Positions 1-13,164 of a DNA stretch of 64,000 nt are shown here, in pieces. Numbering within the stretch: position 1 is the stretch's first letter; the number at the start of each line of letters is the position of its first letter. Position numbers and translations under genes: made by a program. Source of the DNA: the human T2T-CHM13v2.0 reference genome, Homo sapiens; assembly GCF_009914755.1 (NCBI RefSeq), contig NC_060947.1, one strand, 5' to 3'. A model generated the notes under the pieces. That model was not told the DNA's origin. It ran no database searches and saw only the letters and a program-made list of their open reading frames with translations.

Positions 1-104
1 TTCTAATATTTACATCATGAATCCCTTTTAAAGATCACTGAAAAAGGAAATCAGATACAGAATAATTAAAGCAAACTGTCTTCCAGATTGAGATTTTCTG
101 TGGA

Positions 105-260
105 TCAACTCATGTAATCCTCCAACTTACTCTGTGAAGCAGTTATTGCATTTCTAATTGTTTAAATAAGAAACAACAGCTGAGAGAATTGAAGTACACT
201 CCTTAAAACTACAAGTAGTGGAGCCAGGTTTTGAATATTGCTCACTAGTTTAATCACCAT
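105..260 (-). mobile_element. MIR SINE remnant
   Basis: Degenerate reverse MIR core (catgtaatcctccaac...aataagaaacaacagctgagaga...gtggagccaggttttgaa). Confidence 0.55.
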
Positions 261-1399
261 TTTATATTTGCAGCTGAGCAATACTACTTCTCATATGGAG
301 CTTGACATTTCTAGATTTTTCAGTGACTTTTCTTTCTTCTGCACCCTTGATCTTTCAACGTCCCCTGCATTATTCCTTTCAAATTGCTTGCCCAGCTTTA
401 TTTCCCTAATGTCTAGAGTTAATTGTGTCTTTTGGTTAAAGAACCACAGGGGACTTGCTTATCTCCTGGGATCCTTTCTATATCTCTCTCTGTTCCTGTC
501 TGCCTTCTCTGAGGCCCCAGGAAATCAGTTTGTTTTCTTTTCCTCTTCCTTTTTATTTCTTCAAATAATTCAATTTCTTTTTCATAACTTTTATTCTGAT
601 TATAAGCAAAATATATGGCCATAGTAGTAATTTTATAAACACACAAAAATGGGATGAAAACTGTACATTCTTATCCTGATGTAATCTACTTTATTTCAAT
701 TCTTCCCCCTTTCTTTCTCTGCTTATACAAATTGGCATTAAACTGTGTATAAATTTATGAATTGCTTTTTCACTTAATAATATGTCATGATATTATTTGC
801 ATGCATGGCAATTAGTGATTGCATCATCTTCCATTATATTGATGTTTATATCTTATTTACATTACTACTATGTTTATCTTGTACCCATATTTTTAACAAC
901 TTTATTGAGATGTAGTTCACATGTTGCATAACATCCACTTAAAGTGCTCATTTTAATGATTTTACGGTATTCATAGACAGGTGTAACTATCACTACGGTC
1001 AATTTTAGAACATTTTCACTAACTTAAAAAAATTCTGTGCCCTTTAGCAATCATACTCATCTATGCATCCGTCCCAGTGGCATCTATAGATATGACTAAT
1101 TTTGTACCCCTATATTTGATTATTATGGAAATTTTGCATAACTGAATTATATAATATGTGATCTTTTCTGACTAGATTATTTCACTTAGGGTAATGTTTT
1201 CAATATTAATTTGTGTTGCAGCATGTATCCGTGCTTCATTCCTTTTTATGGCCATATAACATTTCATTGTAGAGATATACTATATTTTGTTTATCCATTC
1301 ATCAATTCGTGAACATTTTAGCTGTCTTCACTTTTTATTATTGTGGATATGCTTCTATAAACATTCATGTATAAATTTTTTGTTGATTTGTTTATTTTA

Positions 1400-1540
1400 A
1401 ATTCTATTTTTAAGTGACAAATAACTTTATTGAGTACTATGTGAAGTTTTGATAAATGTTTACAATGTGGAATAATTAAATCAGGCTAATTAACAAATTT
1501 ATTACCTCACATACTTATTTTTTTTTGTGATGAAAACACT
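1400..1540 (-). mobile_element. Short L1MA-type 3' end nested in the L1MB
   Basis: tacaatgtggaataattaaatcaggctaattaacaaatttattacctcacatacttatttt resembles the reverse L1MA 3' terminus. Confidence 0.6.
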
Positions 1541-1726
1541 ACACACATGAACATATGTTTTTAATTCTCTTGGGTTTATACCTAGCAGTGGAGTTGCTGA
1601 GTTAAATGGTAACTCTATTTCTAATGTTTTCAGGAACTATAAAAGTTTTTTTTACAGGGACTTTATCATTTTACATTCCCAACAGCAATGTATGAGGGAT
1701 TAATTTCTCTACATTCTCACCAATAT

Positions 1727-2486
1727 TGGCCATCAGAGAAATGCAAATCAAAACCACAATGAGATATCATCTCACACCAGTTAGAATGGCAATCATTAAA
1801 AAGTCAGGAAACAACAGGTGCTGGAGAGGATGTGGAGAAATAGGAACACTTTTACACTGTTGGTGGGACTGTAAACTAGTTCAACCATTGTGGAAGTCAG
1901 TGTGGCGATTCCTCAGGGATCTAGAACTAGAAATACCATTTGACCCAGCCATCCCATTACTGGGTATATACCCAAAGGACTATAAATCATGCTGCTATAA
2001 AGACACATGCACACGTATGTTTATTGCGGCACTATTCACAATAGCAAAGACTTGGAACCAACCCAAATGTCCAACAATGATAGACTGGATTAAGAAAATG
2101 TGGCACATATACACCATGGAATACTATGCAGCCATAAAAAATGATGAGTTCATATCCTTTGTAGGGACATGGATGAAATTGGAAACCATCATTCTCAGTA
2201 AACTATCGCAAGAACAAAAAACCAAACACCGCATATTCTCACTCATAGGTGGGAATTGAACAATGAGATCACATGGACACAGGAAGGGGAATATCACACT
2301 CTGGGGACTGTGGTGGGGTCGGGGGGAGGGGGGAGGGATAGCATTGGGAGATATACCTAATGCTAGATGACACATTAGTGGGTGCAGTGCACCAGCATGG
2401 CACATGTATACATATGTAACTAACCTGCACAATGTGCACATGTACCCTAAAACTTAGAGTATAATAAAAAAAAAAAAAAAGAAAAA
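1727..2486 (+). mobile_element. 5'-truncated L1HS, Ta subfamily (Ta-0 type)
   Basis: Intact ORF2 C-terminus (...[11 protein letters not shown]); Ta diagnostics ACA at 2372-2374 and G at 2457; cccaaaGgaC (1977/1980) is the Ta-0 state; near-pure poly(A). Confidence 0.92.
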
Positions 2487-2896
2487 AAGAAAATGTGGCA
2501 CATATACACCATGGAATACTATGCAGCCATAAAAAAGGATGAGTTCATGTCCTTTGTAGGGACATGGATGAAATTGGAAATCATCATTCTCAGTAAACTA
2601 TTGCAAGAACAGAAAACCAAACACCACATATTCTCACTCATAGGTGGGAATTGAACAATGAGAACACATGGACACAGGAAGGGGAACATCACACTCTGGG
2701 GACTGTTTAGGGGTGGGGGGAGGGGGGAGGGATAGCATTGTGAGATATACCTAATGCTAGATGACGAGTTAGTGGGTGCAGCGCACCAGCATGGCACATG
2801 TATACATATGTAACTAACCTGCACGTTGTGCACATGTACCCTAAAACTTAAAGTATAATAATAATAAATAAATAAATAAAATAAAAATAAAAAAAA
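2487..2896 (+). mobile_element. L1PA3-like 3' end directly after the L1HS tail
   Basis: gagaacacatgg, aacatcacac, gatgacGAGttag, cttAaagt, (TAAA)n-type tail. Confidence 0.85.
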
Positions 2897-3071
2897 TATA
2901 GTCATCCTAGTGGGTTTCAAGTGGTATACCATTGTATTTTCAATTTGCATTTCTCTAATGACATTGAGTGTCATTCCATGAGCATTTTGGCCTTTTTTGT
3001 ATCTTCTTTAGGAAAATATGTGTTCAAATACTTCACCAATTTTAAAATTGTGCTTTACGATTTTTGGCTTC

Positions 3072-3245
3072 ACAGTCAAAAAATTACAGATTGTGGTGAA
3101 GCTACAGAAAAAAAGGGAACACTTATATTCTGTTGGTGGGAATGTAAGTTAGCTCACCCCTATGGAAAGCAGTTTGGAGATTTCTCAAAGAACTAAAAAC
3201 AGAAACTACTGATCAACCCAGGAATCTCATTACTAAGTATATGTC
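3072..3245 (+). mobile_element. Older primate L1 (L1PA13-16/L1PB-like) ORF2 3' fragment
   Basis: gttggtgggaatgtaagttag...tatggaaagcagtttggagatttctcaaagaactaaaaacag. Confidence 0.7.
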
Positions 3246-3292
3246 TGATATCGTTCGGATTTGTGTCCCTGCCCAAATCTCATGTCGAATTG
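3246..3292 (+). mobile_element. First 47 bp of an MST-type MaLR LTR
   Basis: tgatatcgttcggatttgtgtccctgcccaaatctcatgtcgaattg matches the MST/THE1 LTR start. Confidence 0.7.
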
Positions 3293-4736
3293 GATCTCGT
3301 TTTTTTATTCATTCAGCCAGTCTATGATTTTTCATTGGAAAGTTTAGTCCATTTAGATTCCATGCTATTATTGAGAAGTAGGGACTTAACGCCTGCTATT
3401 TTGTTGTCTGTTTTCTGGTTATTTTGTGGTCTTCTCTTCTTTCCTTTCATCCTGTGTTCCTTTCAGTGAAAGTAATTTTCTCTGGTTGTATCTTTTAAGT
3501 TCTTGCTTTTTTTATGTGTGTATTCATTGTATGTTTTTTCACTTGAGGTTACCATGAGGATTACAGATATTATTTTATGATCCATTATTTTAAATTCATG
3601 ACAACTTAGGACCAATTGCAAAACACATAAATAATAATGCAAAATAAAACTAATAAAAACTCTACTCTTGTACTTCGTCCCCTGCTTTTTAACTTTTTGT
3701 TGTTTCTTTTTATGTCGTATTATAATTTTTATGTCTTGAAAAGTTGTCATAGTTATTTTTGATTGCTTCATTTTTCTTTCAACTAAAGATAACAGGAGTT
3801 TACATACTACAATTACAATGTTATAATATTCTGTGTTTTTCTCTATGCTTACTATTAACAGTGAGTTTTAAGCCTTCAGATAATTTATTTTTGCTTCTTT
3901 CAGACTGAAGAATTCCCTTTAGCATTTATTGTAGGACATATCTGGTGTTGATGAAATACCTCAGCTTCTGTTTGTCTGGGAATATCTTTAGTGTCTTATA
4001 TGAATAAAAGGATATTTTCCCTAGGTATACTATTCTAGGGTAAAACCTTGTTTCTGTCAGCACTTTAAATATGTCATGCCTCTCTCTTCTGGCCTGTAAG
4101 GTTTCCACTGAAAAGTCTGCTGACAGTCGTATTGGAGCTCCATTGTACATATATATATTATATATATAAGCATATATATAATATATATATTATATATATG
4201 TACACACATATATACATATATACACAAACATATATATATACACACATATTTTACATATATATACATATATACATATATACACATATATACATGTATACAC
4301 ATATATATTTATATATATACATATATACACACATATATATATTTCAATTCTCTTTCTGCTTTTAGGAGCCTTTCTTTATCCTTGACATTTGAAAATTTAA
4401 TTATTATGTGCCTTAAAATAAACTTCTTTGGGTTAAAACTGCTTGATGTTCTATAAGCTTCTTGTACATGAATGTTATGTTTCTCTAGGTTTGGGAAGTT
4501 CTCTGTCATTATCCTTGTGAATAAACTTTCTACCCCAGTCTTTTTCTCTACCTCCTCTTTAAGACTAATAAGTCTTAAATTTGCCCTTTTGAGGCTATTT
4601 ATGTAGATTTTGTAAATGTGCTTTATTGTTTTTCTTTTTTCTTTTGTCTCCTTTTATTGTGTATTTTCAAATAGCCTCTCTTCAGGCTCATTAATTTTTT
4701 TCTCATTTGATTGATTCCAGTATTAAGAGACTCTGA
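3293..4736 (-). mobile_element. Old L1 (L1PB/L1MA-like) ORF1 and inter-ORF region
   Basis: Minus ORFs with ORF1 motifs ([31 protein letters not shown]). Confidence 0.8.
4148..4342. repeat. Imperfect (TA)n/(TACA)n microsatellite, about 195 bp
   Basis: Direct reading; interrupts the L1 ORF1 remnant. Confidence 0.95.
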
Positions 4737-5171
4737 GAATGAATTAGAGAGGAGTCCTTTCTTCTCAGTTTTTTGGAATAGTTTCAGCAGGAATGGTTCC
4801 AGCTTTTCTTTATACATCTGGTAGAATTTAGCTGCAAATTCATCTGTCCCTAGGCTTTTTTTGTTGATGGTGGTAGGATATTTATTTCTGATTCAATTTC
4901 ATAGCTTGTTATTGGTCTTTTCAGGGATTCAGTTTCTTCCTGGTACAGTCTAGAGAGGGTCTATGTGCCCGGGAATTTATCAATTTCTTCTAGATTTTCT
5001 AGTTTATATGCATAGAGGTGTTCATAATATTCTCTGATGTCTGTTTCTATTTCTATGGAGTCAGTAGTAATATACTCCTTGTCATTTCTGATTGGGATTA
5101 CTTTAATCTTCTCTTTTCTTTTTTAGTAGTCTAGCTAGAGGTCTATCTATTTTACTAATTTTTTTCAAAAA

Positions 5172-5202
<31 letters not shown>

Positions 5203-5414
5203 CCTGCTCCTGGATTTAATTTTTTGAACGGATTTTCATCTCTAGCTTCCGTTCAGCTCTAAGTTTGATTATTTATTGTCTTCTGCTACCTTTTGGATTT
5301 GTTTTCTCTTGGTTCTCTAGTTCTTTTAGTTGTGATGTCAGCTTGTTAACTTGAGATCTTTCTAACTTTTTGATCTGGGCACATAGTGTTATAAATTTTC
5401 CTCTTAACGTTCCC

Positions 5415-5610
5415 TTACGTATGTATACATGTGCCATGTTGGTGTGCTGCACCCATTAACTCGTCATTTAGCATTAGGTATATCTCCTAATGCTATCCCT
5501 CCCCCCTCCCCCCATGTATACATATGTAACAAACCTGCATGTTGTGCACATGTACCCTGAAACTTAAAGTATAATAATGATAAAATAAAAAAATAAAATA
5601 AAATAAAAAA
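5415..5610 (+). mobile_element. Tiny 5'-inverted L1PA4-like insertion
   Basis: Reverse 3' UTR 5415-5512, forward 3' UTR end plus A-rich tail 5513-5610; degenerate TSD aacgttccctta / aaatttccttta. Confidence 0.85.
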
Positions 5611-5692
5611 ATTTCCTTTAGCTGTGTCCCAGAGATTCTGAAATGTTGCATCTTTGTTCTCAATAGTTTCAAAAAGCTTTGATTTCTTCCTT

Positions 5693-7266
5693 CAGATTCA
5701 ATGCAATTCCCATAAAAGTGCTATCATCATTCTTCACGGAACTAGAAAAAAAATCCTAAAATTCATATGGAACCAAAAAGAGCCCTCATAGCCAAAGCAA
5801 GACTAAGCAGAAAGAGCAAATCTGGAAGCATCACACTGCCTGACTTCTAACTATACTACAAGACTGTTGTTATAAAAACAGCATATACTGGTATAAAAAT
5901 AGGCATGTACATCAACAGAACAGGATAGAGAACCCGGAAAGAAAGCCAAATACTTACAGCCAACTGATCTTTGACAAAGCAAACAAAAACATAAAGTGGG
6001 GAAAGGACACTCTATTCAACCAATGGTGCTGCAATAATTGGCAAGCCACACGTAGAAGAATGAAACTGGATCCTCATCTGTCACTTTATACAAAAATCAA
6101 CCCAAGATAGAATAAATACTTAAATATAAGAACTAAAAGCATAAAAACTCAAGAATATAACATTGAAGAAACTCTTCTGTACATTGGATTAGGCAGAGTT
6201 CATGACCAACAAACCCAAAGCAAATGCAACAAAAACAAAAAATAAATAGATGGTACTTAATTAAACTAAATGTTTCTGCACAGCAAAATAAATAATCAGC
6301 ACATGTATCTCATTTTTTAAAGAAGAAATAAAGAAAAAAGAAATAAACAGCAGAGTAAACAGACAACCCATAGAATGGGAGAAAATATTTGCACGCTATA
6401 CATCCAACAAAGGACTAGTATCCAGAATCTACAAGGAACTCAAACAAATCAGCACTAAAAAACAAATCATCCCATCAAAAAAGTGGGCAAAGGACATAAA
6501 TAAACAATTCTGAAAAGAAGATATACAAATGGCCAACAAACGTATGAAACAATGCTCACCATCACTAATTATCAGGAAAATGCAAATCAAAACCACAGTG
6601 AGATACACCTTACCATGATATAACATGTCTTCTGCAAGAATGGTCATAATTAAAAAATAATAGATGTTTCTGTGGATGTGGTGAAATCGGAATATTTTAA
6701 CACTGCTGGGGGAAATGTAAATTGGTACAACTACTGGGTGTCTACCTGAAAGAGTAGAAATCATTTTATGAAAAAAGACACTTGCACATACATGTTTATA
6801 GCAGCACAATTCTCAATTGCAAAAATATCAAACCAGTCTAAATGTCCACCAACCAATGAGTGGATAAATAAAATGTGGTATACATACACTGTGGAATACT
6901 ACTCAACCATAAAAGGGAATGAAATAATGGCATTCACAGCAACTTGGACAGAGTCGGAGACATTATTCCAAGTGAAGTAACTCAGGATTGGAAAACGAAA
7001 TATATTCTCACTTACAAGTGGGAGGACACAATGGCATAAGAAAGATATAATGGACTTTGGGGACTCAAGGGAAAAGTTGGGAGAGGAGTGAGGGATAAAA
7101 GATTACACATTGGGTAGAGTGTACACTGCTTGTGTGATGGGTGCACTAAAATCTCAGAAACTAGGACGAAAGAACATATCCACGTAACCAAAAACCACCT
7201 GTTCCCCAAAACTGTTGAAATAATAATAAATAAATAAATAAATAAATAAATAAATACATAAATAAA
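5693..7266 (+). mobile_element. 5'-truncated L1PB (L1PB1/2-like)
   Basis: ORF2 3' third and L1PB 3' UTR (gtacactgcttg...aaaatctcagaa...aaaaccacctgttcccc), (TAAA)n tail. Confidence 0.85.
6302..6335 (+). mobile_element. Ultra-short L1 3' terminus (L1PA8A-like) nested in the L1PB
   Basis: catgtatctcattttttaaagaagaaataaagaa flanked by 17-bp near-repeats at 6285-6301 and 6336-6352. Confidence 0.65.
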
Positions 7267-7296
7267 TGTTGTTTTACTGACAAAAAAAAATCTTCA

Positions 7297-7622
<326 letters not shown>

Positions 7623-9092
7623 CTATAAGTTATCTAGGAGCAGGTTATTCAATTTCCATTTAATTATATGGTTTTGAGTGAATTTTTTTGTCTTGATTTC
7701 TAATTTGATTGCACTCTTGTCCAAGAGAGTGTTATAATTTGAGTTATTCTGCATTTAGTGAGGAGTGTTTTACTTCTGATTATCTGATTGGTTTTAGAAT
7801 TTGTGCCATGTTGCAATAAAATAATGTGTATTCTGTTGTTTTTGTGTTGAAAGTTGTGTAGATGTCTGTCAGGTCCATTAGATTCATTGCTCACTCCAGG
7901 TCCTGAATATCTGTTAATTGTCTGTCTTGATCTGTCTAGTATAGTCAGTGGAGTGTTAAAGTCTCCCACTACAATTTTGTGGGAGTCTAAGTCTCTTCGA
8001 AGATGTTTACGAACTTGCTTTATGAAACTAGGTGCTCCTGTGTTGGGTGCATATATATTTAGGATAGTTAGAACTTGTTGAACTGAACCCTTTACCATTA
8101 TGTAATGCCCTTCTTTGTCTTTCTTGATCCTTGTTGGTTTAAAATCCATTTTGTTAGAAACTAGAAATGCAATCTCTGCTTTTTTTTTAATTTTCTTGGT
8201 AGATTTGTCTTCATATCTTTATTTTGAGTCTTCCTGTGTCATTGCATATAAGATTGCTCTCTTAAAGACAGCATAACAATGGATCTGAGCTCTATTCAGG
8301 TTGCCAGTCTGTGTCTTTTAGTTGGGGCATTTAGCCCGTTTACATTCCAGGTTAGTAATGATATGTGTGGATTTGATCCTGTCATCATGATATAGGCTGG
8401 TTATTTGACAGACTTGTTTTTGTGGTTGCTTTATAGTGTCAAGTGTCACTGGTCTGTGTACTTCAGTGTGTTTTTGTGGCGGCTGGTAACAGTCTTTTCT
8501 TTCTATATTTACCGCTTCCTTCATGAGCTCTTGTAAGGCAGATCAGGTGGTAATGAAGTCCTTCAATATTTGCTTTTCTGCAAAGGATCTTATTTATCAT
8601 TCACTTATGAAACTTAGTTCGACCAAATATGAAATTCTGGATTAAAATTTTCTGTCTTTAAGAATGTTAGATATTGACTCCAATCTCTTCTGATTTTTAG
8701 AGTTTATTTTGAAAGGTCTGCTATCAGTCTGGGCTTCCTTTTGTCGGTTACCTGACCTTTCTCTCTAGCTGTGTTTAACTTTTTTTCTTCATCCTTGGAG
8801 AATCTGTTGATTATATGTCTTGGGGATGATCTTCTGGTGCAGAATCCTACTGAGATTTTCTGAAATTTAATGTTGGCCTCTCTACCTAGGTTGGGGAAGT
8901 TCTCATGGATGATAACGTGAAATATGTTTTCCAGGTTGGATCCATTATCATCATCTTTTTCAGAGACACCAATGAGTCATAGATTTGGTCTCTTTACATA
9001 ATGCCATATTTCTGGCAGGTTTTGTTTGTTCCTTTTCGTTCTTTATCCACTATTCTTTTCCCACTGTCTTCTTTCAGAAAGCAAATTCTCAA

Positions 9093-11730
9093 AAGGAATT
9101 CACAACCAAATTCTACCAGATGTACATACAAGAACTGATATTATTCCTACTAAAACTAACCCAAAAAATTTAAGAGGAGGGACTCCTCCCTAACTTAATG
9201 TATGAGACTAGTATTATCTTTATACAAAAACCTGGCAGAGACACAACCGAGAAAGAACTTTCGGCCAATGTTCTTGATGAACATCAATGCAAAAATCCTC
9301 AACAAAATACCAGAAAACCAAATCCAGCAGCACATGAAGAAGCTTATCCACCAAAATCAAGTAAGCTTTGTTCCTAGTATGCAAGTTTGGTTCACCATAT
9401 GCAAATCAATAAATGTAGTTTATCACATAAGCAGAACCAAATACAAAAATCACATGAATATCTCAATAGATGCAGAAGGCACTTTCGATAAACTTCAACA
9501 CCTCTTTACTTTAAAAATTCTCAATAAACTAAGCGGTAAAGGAATACACCTGAAAATAATAAAAGCCATCTATGAAAAATCCACAGTAAACATTACACTG
9601 AATGGGCAAAAGCTGGAAGCATTCCCATTGAAAACTGGCAAAAGACAATGATGCCTTCACTCTCACCACTCCTATTTAACACAATATTGGAAATCCTGGC
9701 CAGAGCAATCAGGTAAAAGTAAGAAATAAGGGGCAACCAGATAGGAAGAAAGGAAGTCAAACTATCCTGCCTTGCAAATGACGTGATCCTGTATCTAGAA
9801 AACCCCATAGTCTTATCCCAAACCTCCTTCATCTTGCAAACAACTTTAGCAAAGCCTCAGGATTCAAAATCAATGTGCAAAACTCACCAACATTTCTATA
9901 CACCAAAAAGAGTCAAGCCAACAGCCAAATTAGAAATGCAATCCATTCACAATTGCCACAAAATAGAAAATGATACCTAGGAATACAGCTAACCAAAGAT
10001 GTGAAAGATCTCTACAAAGAAAACTGTAAAGCACTGCTCAGAGAAATTAGAAATGACACAAACAAATGGAAAAATATTCCATGTTCATGGATAAGAATAA
10101 TCAATATTACTAAAATGGCCACATTGCCTGAAGTGACTTATAGATTCAATGCATTAAATTCAAATTTTATAAAAATATTATTAAATTACCATTGACATTC
10201 TTCACAGAACTAGAAAAAGTATTTTAAAATTCAAATAAAAATAAAGGAAGCCTGAATAGCCAAGACAATCCTAACCAAAAAGAACAAAGCTGGAGGCATC
10301 ATGCTACCTGATTTCAAAGTGTACTAAAGGGCTATAGTAATGAAAACAGCATGTCATTAGTACAAAAACATATACATAGACCATTGGAATATAATAGATA
10401 ATAGATAACCCAGAAATAAGACCACAGTCATACAACTTTTTGATCTTTTATGAACCTGACATAAATAAGCAATGGGGGAAATATCTCCTATTCAATAAAT
10501 GGTGCTGGGAAAACTGGCTAGCCATATGCAGAAAGTTAAAACTGGACCCCTTCCTTACACTATATACAAAAATTAACTTTAACTCAAGATGTATTAAAGA
10601 CTTAAATGTAAAACCCAAAACAATAAAAACCCTAGAATAAAATCTATGTAATACCATTCAGGACATAGACATGAGCAAAGATTTCATGATGAAGACACAA
10701 AAAGCAATTGCAAGAACAGCAAAAATTGACAAATAGAATCTAATTAAACTAAAGAGCTTCTGCACAGTAAAAGAAACTATCGTCAGAGTGATCAGACAAC
10801 CTACAAAATGGGAGAAAATTTTTGAAATCTAGCCATCTGAAAAAGGTCTAATATCCAGCATCTACCAGGAACTTAAACAAATTTACAAGAAAAAGAAAAA
10901 CAAAAAAAAACTCATTAAAAAGTGGGCAAAGTACATGAACAGACACTTCTCTAAATATGACATGCATGCAACCAACAAACATGAAAAAAATCTCAACATC
11001 ACTGATCAGTACAGAAATGCAAATCAAAACCACAATGAGATACTATCTCACACCACTCTGAATGGCTATTACTAAAAAGGCAAAAAAAAAAAAGAGATGC
11101 TTGTGAGGTTGTGGAGAAAAAGGAACAGTTTTACATCATTGCTGGGAGTGTAAATCAGTTCAACCATTTTGGAAGACTGTGGCAACTGCTTCTATACCTA
11201 GAGGCAGAAATACCATTTGACCTAGCAATCCCATTATTGGGTATATATCCAAAGGAATATAAATCATTCTATTATAAAGATACACTCACACATATGTTCA
11301 TTGCAGCACTCTTCACAATAGCAGAGACATAGAATGAACCTAAAAGTCCATCAGTGATAGACTGAATAAAGAAAACGTGGTACATATACACCATGGAATA
11401 CCATGCAGCCATAAAAAGAAACAAAATTATGTCCTTTGCAAGGACATGGATGGAGTTGGAGGCCATTATACTCAACAAGCTAACACAGAAAAAGAAAACC
11501 AAATGCTGCATGCTCTCATAAGTGGGAGATGAATGAGGAGGACACATGGGAGGGGAACAACACACACTAGAGCCTGTCAGAGGGTGGCAGGCAATGGATG
11601 CTAGGCTTAACACCTAGGTAATGAGATAATCTGTGAGCAAACTACCATGGCATACATTGACCTATGTAACAAACCTGCACATCCCGCACATGTATCCATG
11701 AACTTAAAATAAAAGTTGGAAATAAAAAAA
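9093..11730 (+). mobile_element. Sense 3' arm (RT to poly(A)) of the same L1PA13-16 element
   Basis: RT fragments (KILNKI...ISIDAE), 3' UTR ggatgctaggcttaacacctagg...aataaaagttgg, A tail; starts close to where the inverted arm ends. Confidence 0.85.
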
Positions 11731-12965
11731 TAATAATCTCTTCAACAAATTATGCTGAGAAAACTGGATACTCATATGCAAAAATTAAACCTCCAATCTC
11801 ATGTAAACATAACTTGAAATGAATCACAGGCCTAAATATGAAAGCTGAAACTATAAAGCTTCTAGAAGAAAGCAAAGGAGAAAGTCTTAAAAAACTACAG
11901 AAAGCACAAATTATTTAAAAATTGATAAAATGGAATTTAGAATATTTAAACTTTCCCTCTTTGTAAGATATATTAAGAAAATGAAAAGGCAAGTCACAAA
12001 CAGGAAAAATAAATTTGCAAACCCTATACATGTAAAAGAACATCTGCCTAGAATATAAGAGGAAACTTCAGAATTCAAAGAAAACTAAACAGCCAAATAA
12101 AAATGCAAAACAGATTTGAACAGACACTTCAGCAAGGAAGATCTACCAATGGCTAGCATGCACAGGCAAATATGTTCTACATCATTAGTCATTAAAGACA
12201 TTCAAATTTAGATCACATAAAAGATACTGCTACTTCCCCATTAAAATGGCTAAAATGATAGAAACTGACTATAGCATGTTTATCACTGATGCGGAGGAAC
12301 TAGAACTCTCATCCACTGTTAAAGGTAATGCAAAATTATACAGTCATTCTGGAAAACAGTTTGGCAGTTTCTTTAAATGCTAAATATAAACGTATCATGT
12401 GACCCAATCAGTCCACCATTGAACTCTTAGGTGTTTAATCAAGAGAAATAAAAGCATATGCCCATGTAAAGACTTGTAGGCAAATGCCTATAGTAGCCTT
12501 GTTTATAACAACCAAACATGGAAACAACTTAAATTTCCTTCAAGAGATGGATGAGTAAACATATTGTCACACATCCATACAATGGAATAGTACTCAGCAA
12601 TAAACAGAAATGAGCATTACTTCACACTACAGCATGGATGAATCTCAAAACAGTTATTTTGAGAGAAAAAAAGTGACAAGAAGAGTACATAATGTGATTC
12701 TCTGTATATAAAACTCTAGAAAATGCAAGCTAATCTACACTGGCAGAAAGCTGATCAGCAGTTCCCTAGGAATAGGGGTGAGGTGGCAGGGAGTGGCAGA
12801 AGCAAGGGATTACAAAAAGGTAAGAGAACAAATAAATATGTTCATTATCTTTATTGTGGTATTAGTTTCATGGATATATGCATGAAAACTCATCATATGG
12901 GACACTATATATATGTGCATTTTATTGTATACTTCAATCATCCCTCAATAAAGCTTTTCTAAAAA
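11731..12965 (+). mobile_element. L1MC-type 3' region
   Basis: Decayed ORF2 end and L1MC-like 3' UTR ending tccctcaataaagc...aaaaa. Confidence 0.75.
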
Positions 12966-13164
12966 GTTGGAATGCATCTAATAGTAGGTTTCCATACAGC
13001 CTCTGTCAATATTCTACCAATATACTCAGAAGAAACGACTCATCACATTCACAATAAAATTAATTGTCTACCTAATTTCAGATTCTGGTAGGAAACCATA
13101 CTAAGTGCAAGATTTATTGAAGACCAACCTACTTATGCATTACCTCATAGAACAATTTGCCTCT

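Larger units (their letters stand above)
890..3065 (-). mobile_element. Old L1MB-type LINE 3' end, host of later insertions (about 1400-1540 and 1727-2896)
   Basis: Reverse L1MB 3' UTR (aactttattgagatgtagttcac...aattttagaacattttc); reverse ORF2 resumes at 1545-1725 and 2897-3065. Confidence 0.75.

Noticed and set aside
238-646. 128-aa and 75-aa ORFs in non-repeat DNA
   Set aside because: Low-complexity pyrimidine-rich sequence, non-ATG starts and no recognisable domain.
2124-2974. Recurrent ORFs ending MNSSFFMAA as a repeated gene family
   Set aside because: Antisense reading of the L1 3' end, present in every L1PA copy.
4057-4365. Y/I/H-rich ORFs (also near 16728, 35348, 38073)
   Set aside because: Translations of TA/CA microsatellites.
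7266-7290. 3' transduction after the L1PB tail (tgttgttttactgac then A9)
   Set aside because: Too short and old to separate from tail decay.
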